From positions 50,902,001-50,966,000 of the forward strand of contig NW_026262712.1 of the NCBI RefSeq assembly GCF_021869535.1: a DNA stretch of 64,000 bases, in the 5' to 3' direction. The notes under the pieces are model-generated. The model had not been told where the DNA came from. It searched no databases and saw nothing but the letters and a program-made list of their open reading frames with translations. The DNA comes from Mytilus californianus. Taxonomy: Eukaryota. Positions 60,641-64,000 of the stretch are shown here, one piece after another (within the stretch, counting starts at the first letter, position 1; each line of letters begins with the position of its first letter). The position numbers and the translations under genes were made by a program.

Positions 60641-62192
60641 TTTAAGTTTTAAGCAACTGTTTATGAAAACTAGTTGCTTGTCAGGGATGATTCCACTATA
60701 CAGTTTAGGCGGCGGCCCCAAAAAAATTGATGTGAATATAAATTCCCAATTCAGGAAAAATAAAATAATAATCGATATTTCTGGAAATGTTTCCGTCATC
60801 GATTTAGGCAACTATAATTTTTCATAGTTTGTCGTCAAAACGTTTTAAAATCCAGATAAGAATTTTATATTTTGTCAGGCTCTATTTCCGCAAAAGTCAT
60901 AAGTTTGAGCGTTTTTGAAAATACATGTTGATGATAGATCATTCATGAAATTATTAATACAATGTCGACATTATGGAACTGCTTCAAAAGTTGTGAAGAT
61001 GATCAATAAAAATATTAAAATACAATGGTTCAATGCTTTAATTTCCTGTTTCTTAGAGTGACACCAAAAGTTAAACTATGGCAACCTTCTACATATTAAA
61101 CAGCAATCAAAAATCACAAATTTAAATATCTTATCAATTATAAAGTATATAAACTTTCGTAATTGCTTTTGTGAATTCGACAATTGGCCAGTTCAATTTG
61201 AAATCACTTTGAATCAAGGTAAATTTATAAAGATGATCTGTTGTTGAAAAAAAATACTCAAATGGATGATTTTTTCAGTGGTTTATGTTAGCTGATATAT
61301 ATATTATTGTAAAAGGCCTAGGTTACCATAGCTACATTGTAAGATGCAAGCCTACAAAAGTTGGTGTATCATATGCAATGATCTTTTAATGTAACAACTT
61401 CCCTGGTCTCAATCAAATAACTGTCAAGCTATCTGGTTATCACATATGATATGTACATTATATTCAGTAGCCCATCCAGAATTATTCAAAATGTTACAAC
61501 TTCTTACATCAGTGCACAGATGAAGCTTAATATACGTTTTCCGTTTTTACAGGAAAATAATGTTATTTCATCTTAGATTTTATGCATAAAAAATTCCCAA
61601 TTGGGATAAAAATTCCCAATTTGATGGTCAAGGGACCCATTTGAAAACAGCTGGAATCATCCCTGCTTATGTTCAAAAAAGTTTCTTGCTTTACTATTTG
61701 GTATGTTACTTTCTTTCTCATTCCAGTGTTTTTCCTACAGGGTTTAGTGGTCATATATAGCTCAAGCTAGTAGCAATTTGTAATTATTATATAGGAGTTT
61801 GTAACAATACAATATTAAATAAGTTAGCCAATAGAATATGTAGACATCCAAGTGAATATATTTTTCATACTTCCTGCTTTCTAGACTTGGTCGACTCACG
61901 ATAACATGGACATGGTCATATCTGCACACAGTCACTATCTGACTATACATGTTGTACACATTTGCATCTGCTTCTCTTTCTCTTTGTGTATATCACAAGT
62001 CTTGAGGAATCCAATTGAAAAAATATCTTTGTTTGGTCTTTGAAAGTTGCCAGTGGAGAAATAATTATCCTCCTGAAAGTGGCAGTTTTATTGGAAATGG
62101 TTGATTAAATAAGTTGCTAAAAAGAAAATCACCAACTTGAATTTAAAATTGAGACAAAATATGTCAGATGATACTTTCCAGCATATTGGCAA

Positions 62193-62630
62193 TTTTTATG
62201 CCCCCACCATTAAAGGGGGCATTAAGTTTTACCCTTGTCTGTCTGTACGTCTGTCCATAAGTCCCAAAATTGGTTTCTGTTCTCTAACTTTAGTTTGCCT
62301 TAACCAAATGTTATGAAACTTATACACAATGCTTATTACAACAAAGCACAGATCAAGTTTGAATTTTGATGGCGGCCTCACTTTTACTGTTCCAGAGTTA
62401 TGCCCCTTTACAAATGGAAAAAATTGCTGAATTTTTCGTTTCCGTTCTCTAACTTAAGTTTGCCTCAACCAAATGTTATGAAACTTATACACAATGCTTA
62501 TTACCACAAAACTCAGATCATGTACAAATTTGGGTAGCGTCACTTTTACCATTCTTGAGTTATGTCCCTTTATAACATTATATGCAAGCGGGGACATCAT
62601 CTGTGTCCCATGGACCCATTCCCTATTTAT
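62193..62630 (+). mobile_element. Second HINE-like element, 2 central repeats
   Basis: TTTTTATGCCCCC..GGGGGCAT, GTCT/GTCC microsatellite, 160-bp units, same 3' end as 59919 element. Confidence 0.8.
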
Positions 62631-63890
62631 TTTTTTATGCCCCCGCCGTAGCGGTGGGGGCATTAAGTTTTACCCTTGTCCGTCTGTACGTACGTACGTC
62701 CATACGTCCCAAAATTGGTTTCAGTTCTCTAACTTGAGTTTGCCTCAACCAAATGTTATGAAACTTATACACAATGCTTATTACAACAAAACACAGATCA
62801 AGTTTGAATTTTGATTGTGTCACTTTAACCGTTCTAGAGTTATACTCTTTATAAAGGGAAAAATTGCAAAATTTTTAGTTTCTGTTCTCTAACTTAAGTT
62901 TGCCTCAACAAATGTTATGAAACTTATACACAATGCTTATTCCTACAAAACACAGATCAAGTTTGAATTTTGGTGGCATCACTTTAACTGTTCTAGAGTT
63001 ATGTCCCTTTATAAATGGAAAAATTGCAAAATGTTTAGTTTCCGTTCTCTAACTTAAGTTTGCCTCAACCAAATGTTATGAAACTTATACACAATGCTTA
63101 TTACCACAAAACACAGATCAAGTTTGAATTTTGGTGGTGTCACTTTAAGTGTTCTAGAGTTATGGCCCATTATAAATGGAAAAATTGCAAAATTTTTATT
63201 TTCTTCTAAATGTCAAGTAATTTTAAAATTGGAGTTATCTTCCTTTGTCCATTATTATAGTTGAATCAACTACAATCAATGCTTTATACAATGCAATGTT
63301 TAATTTTGACTTCCAGTGATAAAACACAGATCAAGTTGAATTTGGGTAGTGTCATTTTAACCATAATTGAGTTATGCCCCTTTATAATTCGAAAGATTGC
63401 AAAAATTTTAGTTTCCATTCTGTAACTTAAGTTTGCCCCAACCAAACATTATGAAACCTATACACAATATTCATTACCACAAAACTAGGATCAAGTACAA
63501 CTTTTTTGTTTCCGTTTTCTAACTTTAGTTTTCCTCAACCAAATGTTATGAAACTTATACACAATGCTTATTACTACATTATACAGATTAAGTAAGAAAT
63601 TTGGTGGTGACACTTTAACCATTCTTGAGTTATGTCCCTTTATAAACATAAAAATTGCTGAATTTTTTAGTTTGTCTCAACCAAATGTTATAAAACTTAC
63701 ACACAACCGTTCTAGAGTTATGCATGTTTACAAATAGAAAAATTGCTGAATTTTTAGTTTCTGTTCTCTACTTTAGTTAGCCTCAACCAAATGTTATGAG
63801 ACTTACACACAATGCTTATTACCACAAAACTCAGATCAAGTTCAAATTGGGGTAGTGTCACTTTTATTGTTCTTCAGTTATTTTGTATAT
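62631..63890 (+). mobile_element. Third HINE-like element, ~7 central 160-bp repeats, 3' end decayed
   Basis: Starts immediately after the second element. (GTAC)n microsatellite; TGCCTCAAC at 62741, 62901 and 63061 gives a 160-bp period. Confidence 0.8.
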
Positions 63891-63922
63891 AATTTATGAT
63901 AACACCATTAAAAATTTTACAG

Positions 63923-64000
63923 GCTCACAGACTGGTTCTTGTAGCATCATGTGCTATCTTACAGTCACATGACAATGTAGCAACAGGAACTGTACTAGAG
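63923..64000 (+). CDS. BTB/POZ-domain gene, next coding exon (runs off the window)
   Basis: TTTTACAG|AHRLVLVASCAILQSHDNVATGTVLE completes the BTB signature CD..L......KAHR.VL.AS. Confidence 0.85.

Noticed and set aside
60402-62823. ORFs of 84-141 aa in the BTB intron
   Set aside because: Translations of 160-bp satellite monomers and element termini.

Overview
AT-rich, repeat-dense animal genomic DNA. A bivalve, probably Mytilus, is inferred from the repeat families and the RING-less B-box/NHL gene family. Left to right: (1) 1-36,600 is a decayed tandem array of four B-box/coiled-coil/NHL (TRIM-like) copies on +: a truncated pseudogene at 6921, one intact 572-aa ORF at 17992, a 3' remnant at 23684 and a pseudogene at 32461. 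Orphan pieces of the last exon of the neighbouring minus-strand gene are interleaved with them. (2) A complete 7-exon minus-strand gene (48211->36629, 469 aa), which I spliced by hand, encodes a secreted alpha/beta-hydrolase-fold protein. Its nucleophile elbow reads GHGQSG instead of GHSxGG, and the acceptor of its exon 2 is repeated five times in tandem. (3) An intronless double TALE-homeodomain gene (51930-53627, -). (4) A near-perfect 2,181-bp tandem duplication filling the head-to-head interval between that gene and (5) a BTB/POZ gene on +, whose BTB domain is split by an intron carrying three Helentron-like elements with ~160-bp satellite arrays. SINEs, MITEs, LINE and Penelope-like relics occur throughout. 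All alignments were done by eye, so repeat boundaries are approximate and exon boundaries were checked by phase.
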